Of a DNA stretch of 64,000 nt, positions 53,701-64,000 are shown in pieces; the first letter of the stretch is position 1; the number at the start of each line of letters is the position of its first letter. Made by a program: the position numbers and the translations under genes. The notes under the pieces are model-generated. The model did not search any database. It saw nothing but the letters and a program-made list of their open reading frames with translations, and was not told the DNA's origin. Source of the DNA: Cenococcum geophilum (Eukaryota); contig CP158635.1 of the NCBI GenBank assembly GCA_050273025.1, positions 33,542,001 to 33,606,000 on the forward strand, written 5' to 3'.

Positions 53701-54240
53701 CGTTAAATAGGTAGCTATTAAGGCTAAAAATAAGATAAAGCAACCGATAAAGAGGAGAAGGATTAACTTTAGGTGCGCTATTTTGTTTACTAATATTCCC
53801 AAGTTAGTTAAGGATAGTTTTAAGCAGTAAGAAAAAAATAAGCAGGATTAAATGGTATTAGAGCACTATTAAGTAACTTAGGTCTACCTAGCGGGATATT
53901 TTAGTAACCCACTTTATAATATAATACTAATACTAGCATTAATACTTGCGTTATTATTAATAACACCTATAATAGCACTAAAGATATAGTATTTTAGTGT
54001 AGGGGCTAAAAAAGACCTAGGATTATTTATAGCGAATTTAGTAACTAAAATACTATAGTTTCTTTAGCCTAAGGCGTTTCCATAGAAAACGGATACTAGG
54101 TTAGTGCTTTAAATTTTAAAAATAATAAAGAAACTAGGTATATATTAAGATAAGGTATAGATAGAAGGTGCTAATAAATATAAGAGTATAAAGGAGTAAA
54201 TAACCAGTTATTGTAAGATATAAAATGGATTAAAGTGGTA
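50710..54240 (+). pseudogene. Large RIP-killed gene of unknown function (>1000 codons)
   Basis: Long stretches of one frame with RIP-type stops, e.g. from 52083 EYHGP*DFTFYLLAFY...YFQAYFNIK...TKGIVTAALTLP...F*IE*V; probable intron at ~53283-53345. Confidence 0.65.
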
Positions 54241-54754
54241 AATAGAAAGCGAGACAGCCCTTAAAATAGTGATGTCGTTCTTTATAGTAGGGATAAATTA
54301 CTATAAACTTATAAAGAGCTTCTCTCTTTACGTAAGGATATAGTAGGATATATTTATAAGGTATTCCGTAGTTATAATAGTGTTTAGGTGGATTAATATT
54401 TATAAATTATTATAGATAAAATATAGGTATAAAGGTAGTGGGGTATATTATTATAGAAAACTTAGCAGTTTCCTTAATAAGTTAGTTTCGGTATATTAAT
54501 ATACTAAACCTTTTTTCTACTAATGCTATATTAATTCTCTAAAAAGAGTAAGAGTATAACGGCTAAACTACTAGCTAAAAGGATAGTGCATAAAGAAGAT
54601 TAAGATTGACTTTATAGCTTATGGTTTAATATATATATACCTAAATAAGCGCCTACTAGGTTATGTAACGTTATAACCATTATAAAGAGTAGAAGTAAAG
54701 TAGTAGTAGCGTAAAGGGCTAGTAACTAGCCTCCTTAATATTATGTTATTTTAG

Positions 54755-54932
54755 CAGATTAATATAGTAAAGAAAGTTGATTTTAGTATATTATATACTA
54801 AAATAGGATAATTTTAACATACTTATATAGTAGGATGAGTTAATATTAGTATATTAATATAGGAGAGGTTGATTTTAGTATATTAACATAGGAAAAGAAG
54901 TTAATTTTAGCATGTTAACATGCTAAAATTAA
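54755..54932 (+). repeat. ~32-bp unit array ending in a perfect 32-bp palindrome
   Basis: 54901-54932 TTAATTTTAGCATGTT|AACATGCTAAAATTAA. Confidence 0.88.
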
Positions 54933-54960
54933 ATTTACGGAAATAGAAAATAGTTAGTCT

Positions 54961-55035
54961 AAGATAAGTGTTAAGATAAGTATTAAAATAAGTGTTAAGA
55001 TAAGTGTTGAGATAAGTATTAAGATAAATATTAGG
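54961..55035 (+). repeat. 12-bp AAGATAAGTGTT array; longer copy at 57197-57395
   Basis: Both copies follow the same ~55-bp leader (54905-54960 and 57141-57196). Confidence 0.9.
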
Positions 55036-55399
55036 CGTTAAGATTAGTATTTTTATCCATATTTAATATTAATTAGAAATTATTTAATATTAAATATTAA
55101 CGTTTAATATTTAATATTAATACGAAAAGTGTTAATATTTAGTATATTAAATATTTTATAATAAATATAGTAGTATTATTCTATTTTACTAATACCTTAA
55201 GTATTCCTTCTTAGAACGAGTCGCGTTCCCTCTAAGTAAGAGTGCCGCCTATTAGCCTGTGCTACTCTCGCCTCCTTTTTCTATATTAGAACGCGACACG
55301 TTTTTACTTTTCCATTACTATATATACTGTTCTTTTTAATTATATATTACATTAATAATATTTATCTTTACCTTATACTAACTATTTTTTAGGGTTATT

Positions 55400-56340
55400 T
55401 AATTATTACTAACTCCTCTCCTAAAGAAGGCTTGCCGGTAATAGCTCTTTAACGCTTTAGCTACTATGCCTTAATAGCGTATTTATATATTAGAATTGGT
55501 TTTAGAGTATAATGCTATTATAGATATAGGCAGCGTTAATTTAGTAGAAAATAGTCTATAGGTAACACGCGAGGAGGCCTAGATATATAAGAACGTACTA
55601 AAAATGCCTTAGGTTAAATGTTTACCCCTCTTTAGTTATCCTAGCGACTTTAAAAGGATAGATATAGTAAAGGAGTAACGCGCAATCTTAGTGTATATAA
55701 AGAGTAAGGAATCTAAAATAAACCGTATCTTTAAGTCCTAGCGCCGGCTAATAGAAATTAATAAGCAATTTATACGCTAGCGAAACGTTAGCTACTAGCT
55801 ATACTTTACTACTATAAGACGGCCGGAGCCTAACCATATAGTTTATAACTGCACTTTTTAGAATAGCTGCGAAAGAGTATAGGCAATCCTTAACTAGCTA
55901 GAAAAACTTGCTCTTTTTAGGTTTTCTAATAAGTTAGGAGTATATAGCCTATACTTCTAAATAAACTATTTATATAGAGATATTAGGATAGTATATTAAG
56001 TATATATAGCGGAGTTTAAGGAGGTTAAGGATTACTAGAAAGAGATATTAAAGTCCTAAGGGTAATTAGATGGCCATTATAAGAATAAGGCAGTAGTAAG
56101 GAATATAATCGCGGCTCTCTATATATATAATAACTAAGTACTTAGGAAAATAGTTATAAAAAAGATATTTAATAAGGATAAAGTAGATATTGCGGCAGAA
56201 AACTAAGTACTCTTCTAGTTTAAACAATAGATATTATTTTATAGTAACTCTATTCTAAGACTCCTTTTTATATTTAAAATGCTAGTATATATATTTAACT
56301 TTTGGTAAAAGAGGTAGTTAGAGATATAGGCAAACTAATA
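55400..56340 (+). pseudogene. RIP-killed Cys/His-rich gene of unknown function
   Basis: Coding-like frame at ~55630-56200 (DFKRIDIV...; de-RIP C..C...H.C and GHCENK.VV..IIAAL); relatively higher GC. Confidence 0.45.
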
Positions 56341-57024
56341 AAATAACAATAAGGCTACTGGTGGCGCGTTAGTTAAAATATAGTAAAAGTAATCTAAATA
56401 GGGGTAGGATAATAAGTAGGAGCTATAGAACTAGATAGAATTACTAGATTAGTAGGTTAGTAAGTATAGCTTCTATATAGGTTAAGGGCTAAATAGTCCT
56501 TATATTAATTATATATTAAGAGTATATAAAAGGGGTAGGGCGGCGTAATATAAGGTTTAACTTAGTAAGGCGATTTACCTTAAAGGGTATAGGGCTTAGG
56601 GTGGCTGCGGGGATTATAGTACCCCTTAGGAGTTTTGCTAGAGGTAAGAGAAGAAGGAGAATAGAATATAGAAGTTAAATAGGTCGAAAAGGTACTAATA
56701 TAGGCGGCTAGTATATAACACAGTAATCGGGCTCTTTTAGTGCAGTAATAGTAGGTATAGGGTAGATATTTATATAGTAATAAAGGAAGAGGGGGATAAG
56801 GAATATATAGGTCTAAATGATAAAGATATAGTAGTATAGCTATATAGGGGTATAACGGTAGTAGGGGTTAAATGTTTAGAGATTATTTAATAATTTTTAC
56901 TATAGATAAAGATAGTATAGAAAGCTAAACTATGCTAGGGCTATAAAGTAATAATTTAATATAGAGGTAAGTGTTTAATATATATTATAGAAAACTTAGA
57001 GCAGTTTTATTAATAAGTCGCGGC

Positions 57025-57575
57025 TTAGTTTTAGCATATTAACATACTAAACAATTTTTTTAATTTTTTTTTTAGTAATTCCCCTCCTAAGCTTTAGGCT
57101 AGGAATAGAAATTTTTTAGTAATTTTTATATAAAAAGCTATTTCGGTATGTTAATATACTAAAATTAAATTTATAGAAATAGAAAATAGTTAGTTTAAGA
57201 TAAGTGTTAAAATAAGTATTAAGGTAAGTGTTAAAATAAGTATTAAGATAAGTATCGAGATAAGTGTTAAGATAAGTGTTAAGATAATTGTTTAGATATA
57301 TTAAGATAAGTATTAAGATAAGTATTAAGATAAGTATTAAGATAAGTACCGAGATAAGTGTCGAGATAAATATTAAGATAAATATTAGGTATTAAGATAG
57401 GTTTTAATATAGCAACTACTAGTATAGCTATAGCGTAGGCGTTAATAGTATAAGGCTAGTTAAAATAAATAGATTTTAGCATATTGATATAATAAAGAAA
57501 GTTAATTTCGGCATATTAATAGTAAAATTTTATTAATTTTAGTATGTTAATATACCGAAAGGAAGTTAATTTTAT
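57025..57575 (+). repeat. Cluster of ~32-bp palindromic units flanking a 12-bp array
   Basis: TTTCGGTATGTTAATATACTAAAA at 57141; AAGTTAATTTCGGCATATTAAT at ~57499; TTTTAGTATGTTAATATACCGAAA at ~57537. Confidence 0.85.
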
Positions 57576-60500
57576 AATTTTAAAAGGTAAAAAAAGTAAA
57601 AAAGTAGTTTTAAAAGTAGTAAAAAGGGTAAAAAGTAGTAAAAAGGGTAAAAAGTAATAAAAAAGTAAGTATTTAGTTTTAGAGTAGTTTTAAAGGTAGT
57701 TTTTTTTAGTAGTTTAATAGAAAAAAAGAAAAGTTTAGTAGTAGTTTTAAAGGTTAAAAAAAGAGTTTTTTAAGTAAAAAGAGAAGAAAAAAAATAGTTT
57801 AAAGGTTTAGTAGTAGTTTAAGTAAAAAAAGTAGTTTTTAAGTAAAGGGTAGTTTTTTAGTAAGGTATAGTTTTTTAGTAAGGTATAGTTTTTTAGTAAG
57901 GTATAGTTTTTTAGTAAGGTATAGTTTTTTAGTAAGGTATAGTTTTTTAGTAAGGTATAGTTTTTTAGTAAGGTATAGTTTTTTAGTAAGGTATAGTTTT
58001 TTAATAAGGTATAGTTTTTTAATAAGGTATAGTTTTTTAGTAAAAAGTAGTTTTAAAGTAGTTTTTTTAGTAAAGAAGTATAGTTTAAGTAAAAGAGAAG
58101 TTTTTTTTTTGTAAAGAGTAGTTTTAGTAAAAAGTAATTTTAGTAGTAAAGATATTAAAAAAAAAAAGTAAAAGAAGTAGTAAAAAAAGGTAATTTAGTA
58201 GTTTTTTTATTTTTAAGTAGTTTTAAAAGTAGTTTTAAAAGTTTAGTAAGTTAAAAGGTAAAAAAAGTAGTAGTTTTAGGAGTTAGGAAGTAGTTTAGGT
58301 AGTTTAGTAGTAGTTTAAGTAGTTTAGTATTAGTTTAAGTAGTTTTTTTAGTAAAGAAGTAGTTTTTTTATAATAAAGAAGTAGTAGTTTAGGTAGTAGT
58401 TTAGTAGTAAAAAGGGTAAAAAGAAAGAAAAGGTAGTTTAGTAGTAAGAAGGTAAAAAAGAAAAAAAGATAGTTTAGGTAGTAAAGAGAGTAAAAAAAGT
58501 AGTAAAGAGAGTTTTAGGTAAAAAGGTAGTTTTTTTAATAAGGGGTAGTTTTTAAGTAGAGAGGTAGTAAAGGAGTAGTTTTAAGAGTAAAGGAGTAGTT
58601 TTAGAGGTAAAGAGGTAGTAATTTAAGTAGTTTAGTAGTAGTTTAAGTAAAAAAAGTAGTTTTTTAGTAAGAGGTAGTTTTTAGTAAGGGGTAGTTTTTT
58701 AAGTAAGTAGGTAGGTAGGTTTTTAAGTAAAAAAGTAGTAAAAAAGAAGTTTATTTAGTAAAGAGGTAGTAGTTTAGGTAGTTTAGTAGTTTTAAGTAGT
58801 TAAAAAGTAGTTTTTTAGGTAAAGAGGTAGTTTTTTAAGTAAAGTAGTAGTAAAAAAGTAGTTTTAAAGGTAGAGAAATAGTTTTTTTAGTAAAGAGGTA
58901 GTAAAAAAGTAAAAAAAGTAGTAGTTTAGGTAGTTTAGGAAGTAGTTTTTTTTAGTAAAGAAGTAGTAGTTTAAGTAGTTTTTTAGTAGTAGTTTAGGTA
59001 AAAAAAATTAATTTTTTTAATAAAAAGGTAAAGAAAAAGTAGTAGAAAAAGTAAAAGAAATAGGGAGTAGTTTTAAAGGTAAGGGTAGTTTTAGTAGTAG
59101 TTTAAGTAGTTTAAGTAGTTTAAGTAGTAAAAAGTAGTAGTAAAAAGTAGTAAAAAAGTAAAAAGTAGGTTTAAAAAAGATAGTTAAGTAGTTTTAGAAG
59201 TAGTTTAGTAGTTTAGTAGGTAGTTAGGTAGTAGTTTTAAAAAAGAGTTAGAGAAAAAGGTAGGAAAGTAGTAGTTTAAGTAGGAGGTAGTTTTAGTAGT
59301 TTTAAGGTAGTAGTTTTAGGTAGTAGTTTTTTTAGTAAAAAAGTAGGTTTTTTTTAGTAAAAAAGAAAAAAAAAAGGTAAAGAAGTAGTTTTTTAAGTAG
59401 TAAAAAGGTAGTAAAAAAGGAGTAAAAAAAGGAGTAAAAAAAGGAGTAAAAAAAGGAGTAAAAAAAAGTAGTAAAGAAAGTAGTTTTAAAGGTAAGGGGT
59501 AGTAGGGAAGGTAAAAAGGTAGTTTTTTAATAGAAAAGTAGTAAAGAAGTAGTTTTTTTTAGTAAAAAAAGTAGTAAAAAAAGTAAAAAAGTAGTAGAAA
59601 AGGTAAAGAAGTAGTAAAAAAGGTAGAGAAGTAGTTTTAGAGGTAGGGAAGTAGTAGAGAAGGTAAAAAGGTAGTAAAGAAGGTAGAAAAGTAGTTTTAA
59701 AGGTAGTTAGGTAGTTTTAAGGGTAAAAAAGTAGTTTTTTTAGTAAAAAAAGAGTAAAGAAGGTAAAGAGGTAGTTTTTTAAGTAGGGAAGTAGTAGTTA
59801 AGTAGTTTTTTTAGTAGTTAAGTAGTAATTTAGGTAGTAGTTTAAGTAGTTTAAATAAGAGAAGTAGTAGTTTTAGAAGTTAGGAAGTAGTTTAGGTAGT
59901 TTAATAGTAGTTTAGTAATAGTTTAAGTAGTTTAGTAGTAGTTTAAATAGTTTAGTAGTAGTTTAAGTAGTAAAGAAGTAGTAAAGGAGTAGTAGTTTTT
60001 TAAGTAGTTAGGTAGATTTTTAGGTAGGTTTTTTAGTAGTTTTTTAGTAAAGAAGTAAGTTTTTTTAGTAGGGAAGTAGTTTTTTAAGTAGAGGGGTAGT
60101 TTTTTAAGTAGAGGGGTAGTTTTTTAAGTAGAGGGGTAGTTTTTTAAGTAGAGGGGTAGTTTTTTAAGTAGAGGGGTAGTTTTTTAAGTAGAGGGGTAGT
60201 TTTTTAAGTAGAGGGGTAGTTTTTTAAATAGGGAAGTAGTTTTTTTTTTAAGTTTAGTTTTAAAAAAAAAGGGTTAGTAGTAGTTTAAGTTTAGGGGTAG
60301 TTTTAGTAGTTTTAAGATAGTTTTAAAGTAGTTTTAGTAGTTTTTTTTTGTAAAAAGAAAGAAAAAAAGTAGTAAAAAAAGTAAAAGAAGTAAAGGGTAG
60401 TTTTAGTAGTAGTTTAGGAAAAAAAAAAAAGTAAAAAAGTAGTTTTTTTAGTAGTTTAAGTAAAAAAAGTAGTAAAAAGTAGGTTTAAAAAAGGTAGTTA

Positions 60501-61493
60501 AGTAGTTAGGTAGGTAGTTAGGTAATAATTTAAAAAAAAAAGTTAAAGAAAAAAGTAGAGGAGTAGTAGTTTAAGTAGAAGGTAGTTTTAGTAGTTTTTT
60601 AGGTAGTTAGTTTTAGGGTAGTAGTTTTAAGTAGTAGTTTTTTTAGTAAAAAAGGTAAAGAAGTATTTTTTTAAGTAAAAAGGTAGTAAAAAAAGTAGTT
60701 TTAAAGGTAGTAGAAAAGTAGTAAAAAAGTAGTTTTTTTAGTAAAAAAGGTAGAGAAGTAGTAAAGAAAGTAAAGAAGTAGTTTTAAAGGTAAAAAGGTA
60801 GTTTTTTTTAGTAAAAAGGTAGTTTTTTTTTTAGTAAAGAAGTAGTTTTTTTTAGTAGAAAAGTAGTTTTTTAGTAAAAAAGTAGTTTTTTAGTAGAAAA
60901 GTAGTTTTTTTTAGTAAAGAAGTAGTTTTTTTAGTAAAAAAGTAGTTTTTTAGTAGAAAAGTAGTTTTTTAGTAAAAAAGTAGTTTTTTTTAGTAAAAAA
61001 GTAGTTTTTTAGTAGAAAAGTAGTTTTTTTAGTAGAAAAGTAGTTTTTTAGTAAAAAAGTAGTTTTTTTTAGTAAAAAAGTAGTTTTTTAGTAGAAAAGT
61101 AGTTTTTTTAGTAAAAAAGTAGTTTTTTAGTAAAAAAGTAGTTTTAAAAGTAGAAAAGTAGTTTTAAGAGTAAAAAGAGAGTAAAAAAGGTAAAGAGGTA
61201 GTTTTTTAAGTAAGAAGGTAGTTTTTTAAGTAGGGAAGTAGTAGTTAAGTAGTAGTTTAGGTAGTAGTTTAAGTAAGAGAAGTAGTAGTTAAGTAGTTTT
61301 TTAGTAGTTTTTTAGGTAGTAGTTTAGTAGTAGTTTAATAGTAGTTTAGTAGTAGTTTTTTAAGTAGTTTTTTTAGTAAAGAAGTAGTTTTTTTTAGGTA
61401 AAAAAAGTAAAAAAAGTAGGGGGTTTTTTTTTTAAAGTTTAGGGGTAGTTTTAGTAGTTTTAAAGTAGTTTTAGTAGTTTTTTTTATTATAAG
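57557..61493 (+). other. ~3.9-kb cytosine-free + strand low-complexity tract with internal 17-, 13- and 20-bp tandem arrays
   Basis: Last C at 57556, next C at 61494 by visual scan; arrays at ~57855-58040, ~59415-59465 and ~60070-60230. Confidence 0.9.
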
Positions 61494-62049
61494 CCTTTTC
61501 GGTACTATATTATAGGTGGAATTAATTTTTACCGGCCAAGGTTTCTAACTAAAAGGTAAGGTGGAACTATTTATAAAACTATAAGGGAACCGTACCCTAA
61601 ACGAGCTCTAATTTAAATACAATTTTAATAGAGCCTATAGCTATACCTTAGCTACGATCCTACCTATCTAAAAATTTTAAAATCCTACTAATATGCATGT
61701 ACGGTCGCGATATAGTAAAGTAGTTAATTTAGTTTGGATAAAGGGGGAATCGGGGGATGGTTATACCGATCCGACTTGCGTGCGCTAAAATTATAGTGCC
61801 GATAAAAGATAAGGCTGCGATTTGCTATACGCCTTAAGTGCGTTAAATAGCGCCAACTGCCTAATTTAAGCTACGTACTAAGCCTTAATCTATAGATTTT
61901 TAGAAAGGCTTTTATAAAATATCTATATTTACTATATATACCTAATAATACTACTATAATAAAAGAAATTAATCCTACCAACTTAAGGAATAGGTAAGGA
62001 AGAAATATCCTTAATAGCTAGTGTAGGATAACGGTTAAATAGCTAGAGT

Positions 62050-63420
62050 ATGTCGGAAAGATCCATTTCCTATAGTTAATTATTACTTATATCTTTAATA
62101 GGAAGATAACTATAAGGTAGCTACCGGCCCGCTAATATATTTTATATAAAGTCTTCTATTAGTCGATTAAACTTAATAGTGTTTAGGTAAAACCGCTAGA
62201 TAAGGTTAAGAAATACGTTAAATATACCTAATAAGAGCCGCTCTATAAAAGAATAAGGTATTTTAGATATAGGAATAAGAGTAAAAATGCTAGAACTAAG
62301 TGCCTCCTATATATAATACTATTAATAGCCCTTATAAAGACACTTTATAAAGTACCGCTATTGCTTATTAGATGGAGTAGAGGAGTTAGCCAATAATAAA
62401 GAAGGCGTATTTATAGATGGGTAGAGTGCCTTAAAGAGCTACTACTTAACTAAAGACGCGTTGCTAATACCTTTACCCTATATACTTAATTGCGTATAAT
62501 CTAAGAGTGCTTTTACATTTTAATAGCAATTATAGAGGTATATAAGATAATAATAATAGAGAATCTCCTAAAGTATTCCGGTTGCTTTAATACTAGTAAT
62601 ATTAAAGAAAGCCTTTTAGAAGCCTAATAGCGCTATATTTATATTCTGGCTGCTAGATATAGAAGTAACTAAGAACTATAATAATAATTAGGGAGGATAT
62701 AAGGATAACTAAGGACTAGTCTGCCGGTTTAAATCTATAGTGCTATTTTTTCGCCAGTAGGTAAGTATAGCCTTAACGTTCTTAATAGCTTCGTTACTAT
62801 TAATAGCGCTTACCCTATAGACTAACGCTAACGCCTTTTATCTACCTATTCTTATATAGTTAGCCTATTTAGCTAATTAGCTAAGCTTTCTTCCGTTTTC
62901 CTATATATATATATTCTATATACTATCCTCTTTCTTAGTTATAAACACCTTTAAGAGCTTATTTTCTAACCTTCTATACCTATCTCTTTTCTTACGCCTA
63001 TTTATATTACTAACTATTATAATATACTCTAGGCCTAGTATAGTTATATAATTCTAAGTACGCCTAATAGGCGGTTAAGATAGAGAAGCATTAGATATTA
63101 GCCTTAGCCTTTTACCCCTATAATAGGTACTCTTATCGCTTATATTCCGTAGACCGTTATTTATAATACTAGCTATAGACCGAAACCGTACTAGGCTACT
63201 ATAGTTGCTATTATCCTCGCTTTATAGCTAAGAGTCTAGACTAGCGTTATCTATATTAACTAGTTTAGGTTTAAGTTATAGAAGTACTTTAGGCCTATAG
63301 GACCGGCGGATCTACTATAATATATCTTCCGGTAACTTTATAACAAAGAATAAGAGGCTAGGGTTAGTATTATCGCGTACCTATACTACGGGCATATTAG
63401 TGCCGATAAATAATACTAAA
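62050..63420 (-). pseudogene. RIP-killed gene of unknown function, possibly extending towards the window end
   Basis: Minus-strand de-RIP reading ILH.Y.L.HLYDCY...QLFEALYP...WRYF.KCL.EG.RW..MQEALGSSIF.LIP...FIERL...F..FL.LIQRF. Confidence 0.5.
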
Positions 63421-64000
63421 AGTAAATATAGAAGGAACGTTTACGTCTTTTAAGGCGTTATACCTAGGGCTAGAATTAATACAGCTATAGTAGTGGGATA
63501 TTATTAAAGTAGGAAATCGCGTTAAGGAATTATATTAAGGCTAAGCTTTAGTTACGCGCTTTTATACCTTCCCCCTAAGAACTAAAACTAGAATACTATA
63601 AATAGTAATATAAAACTTACTAGGGAGTATTTCTAGAAGCCTTTCTAAAAATGCCCTTAGCTAAAGTTATAATCTATAGTAAGTATACTAAATAGCTATA
63701 TATAGGGAAATAGCATTTATTAAATATATAGAGAATTTAATCCATCTACCAGAATACTAAATTATTGTCTATACTACTTCCAATTATTAATATACGGTAT
63801 AGCCTTCTAAAGTCCGCTAATATTTTAGTGGCATCTACTATTAGCTAGATAAAGTCGAACTCTAAGAACTAGTATACCTTATTTAAGCCTTAAACTAACT
63901 TGTTTATAAACCTAATAAGTTACTAAATTTTTAGACCCTTAAGTAACTTGTCTTTTACCTAAATATATATTATAACGGGCTCCTTTACTAGCTTATACCG

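Noticed and set aside
57557..61493. Telomeric repeat tract
   Set aside because: G/T/A-rich, but there is no tandem TTAGGG and the tract is internal, with complex sequence on both sides.
1..64000. Alternative genetic code, organelle or AT-rich bacterial genome
   Set aside because: Stops arise from C->T/G->A changes that differ between repeat copies; LTR/LINE content and GCTAAC introns indicate fungal nuclear DNA with RIP.

Overview
Fungal (filamentous ascomycete-type) AT-rich heterochromatin heavily mutated by repeat-induced point mutation (RIP). No intact gene is present and all supplied ORFs look spurious. Target-site duplications (TSDs) resolve a nested stack. Three Ty3/Gypsy chromovirus families are present: A, partial at 1-3090 and complete and inverted at 22912-30701; B at 4492-12442; C at 33892-40623. 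A ~430-bp TA-flanked foldback MITE (16671-40834) was split by a Tad1-like LINE (16821-33807) and by Gypsy C. The LINE was itself hit by Gypsy A and by a minisatellite-filled Helitron-like insert (30899-33074). Two solo LTRs of a fourth family lie at 43669 and 46904. The base layer (3091-4491, 12448-16670, 40837-64000) carries RIP-killed non-TE genes, one of them ParB/DUF3723-like as in Starship giant transposons. These genes are interspersed with recurring clusters of a ~32-bp palindromic unit and with kilobase tracts that have no C on the + strand. Gypsy A and B each appear to carry an antisense Zn2Cys6-like relic ORF. Protein calls come from manual translation with RIP reversal, not from database searches.
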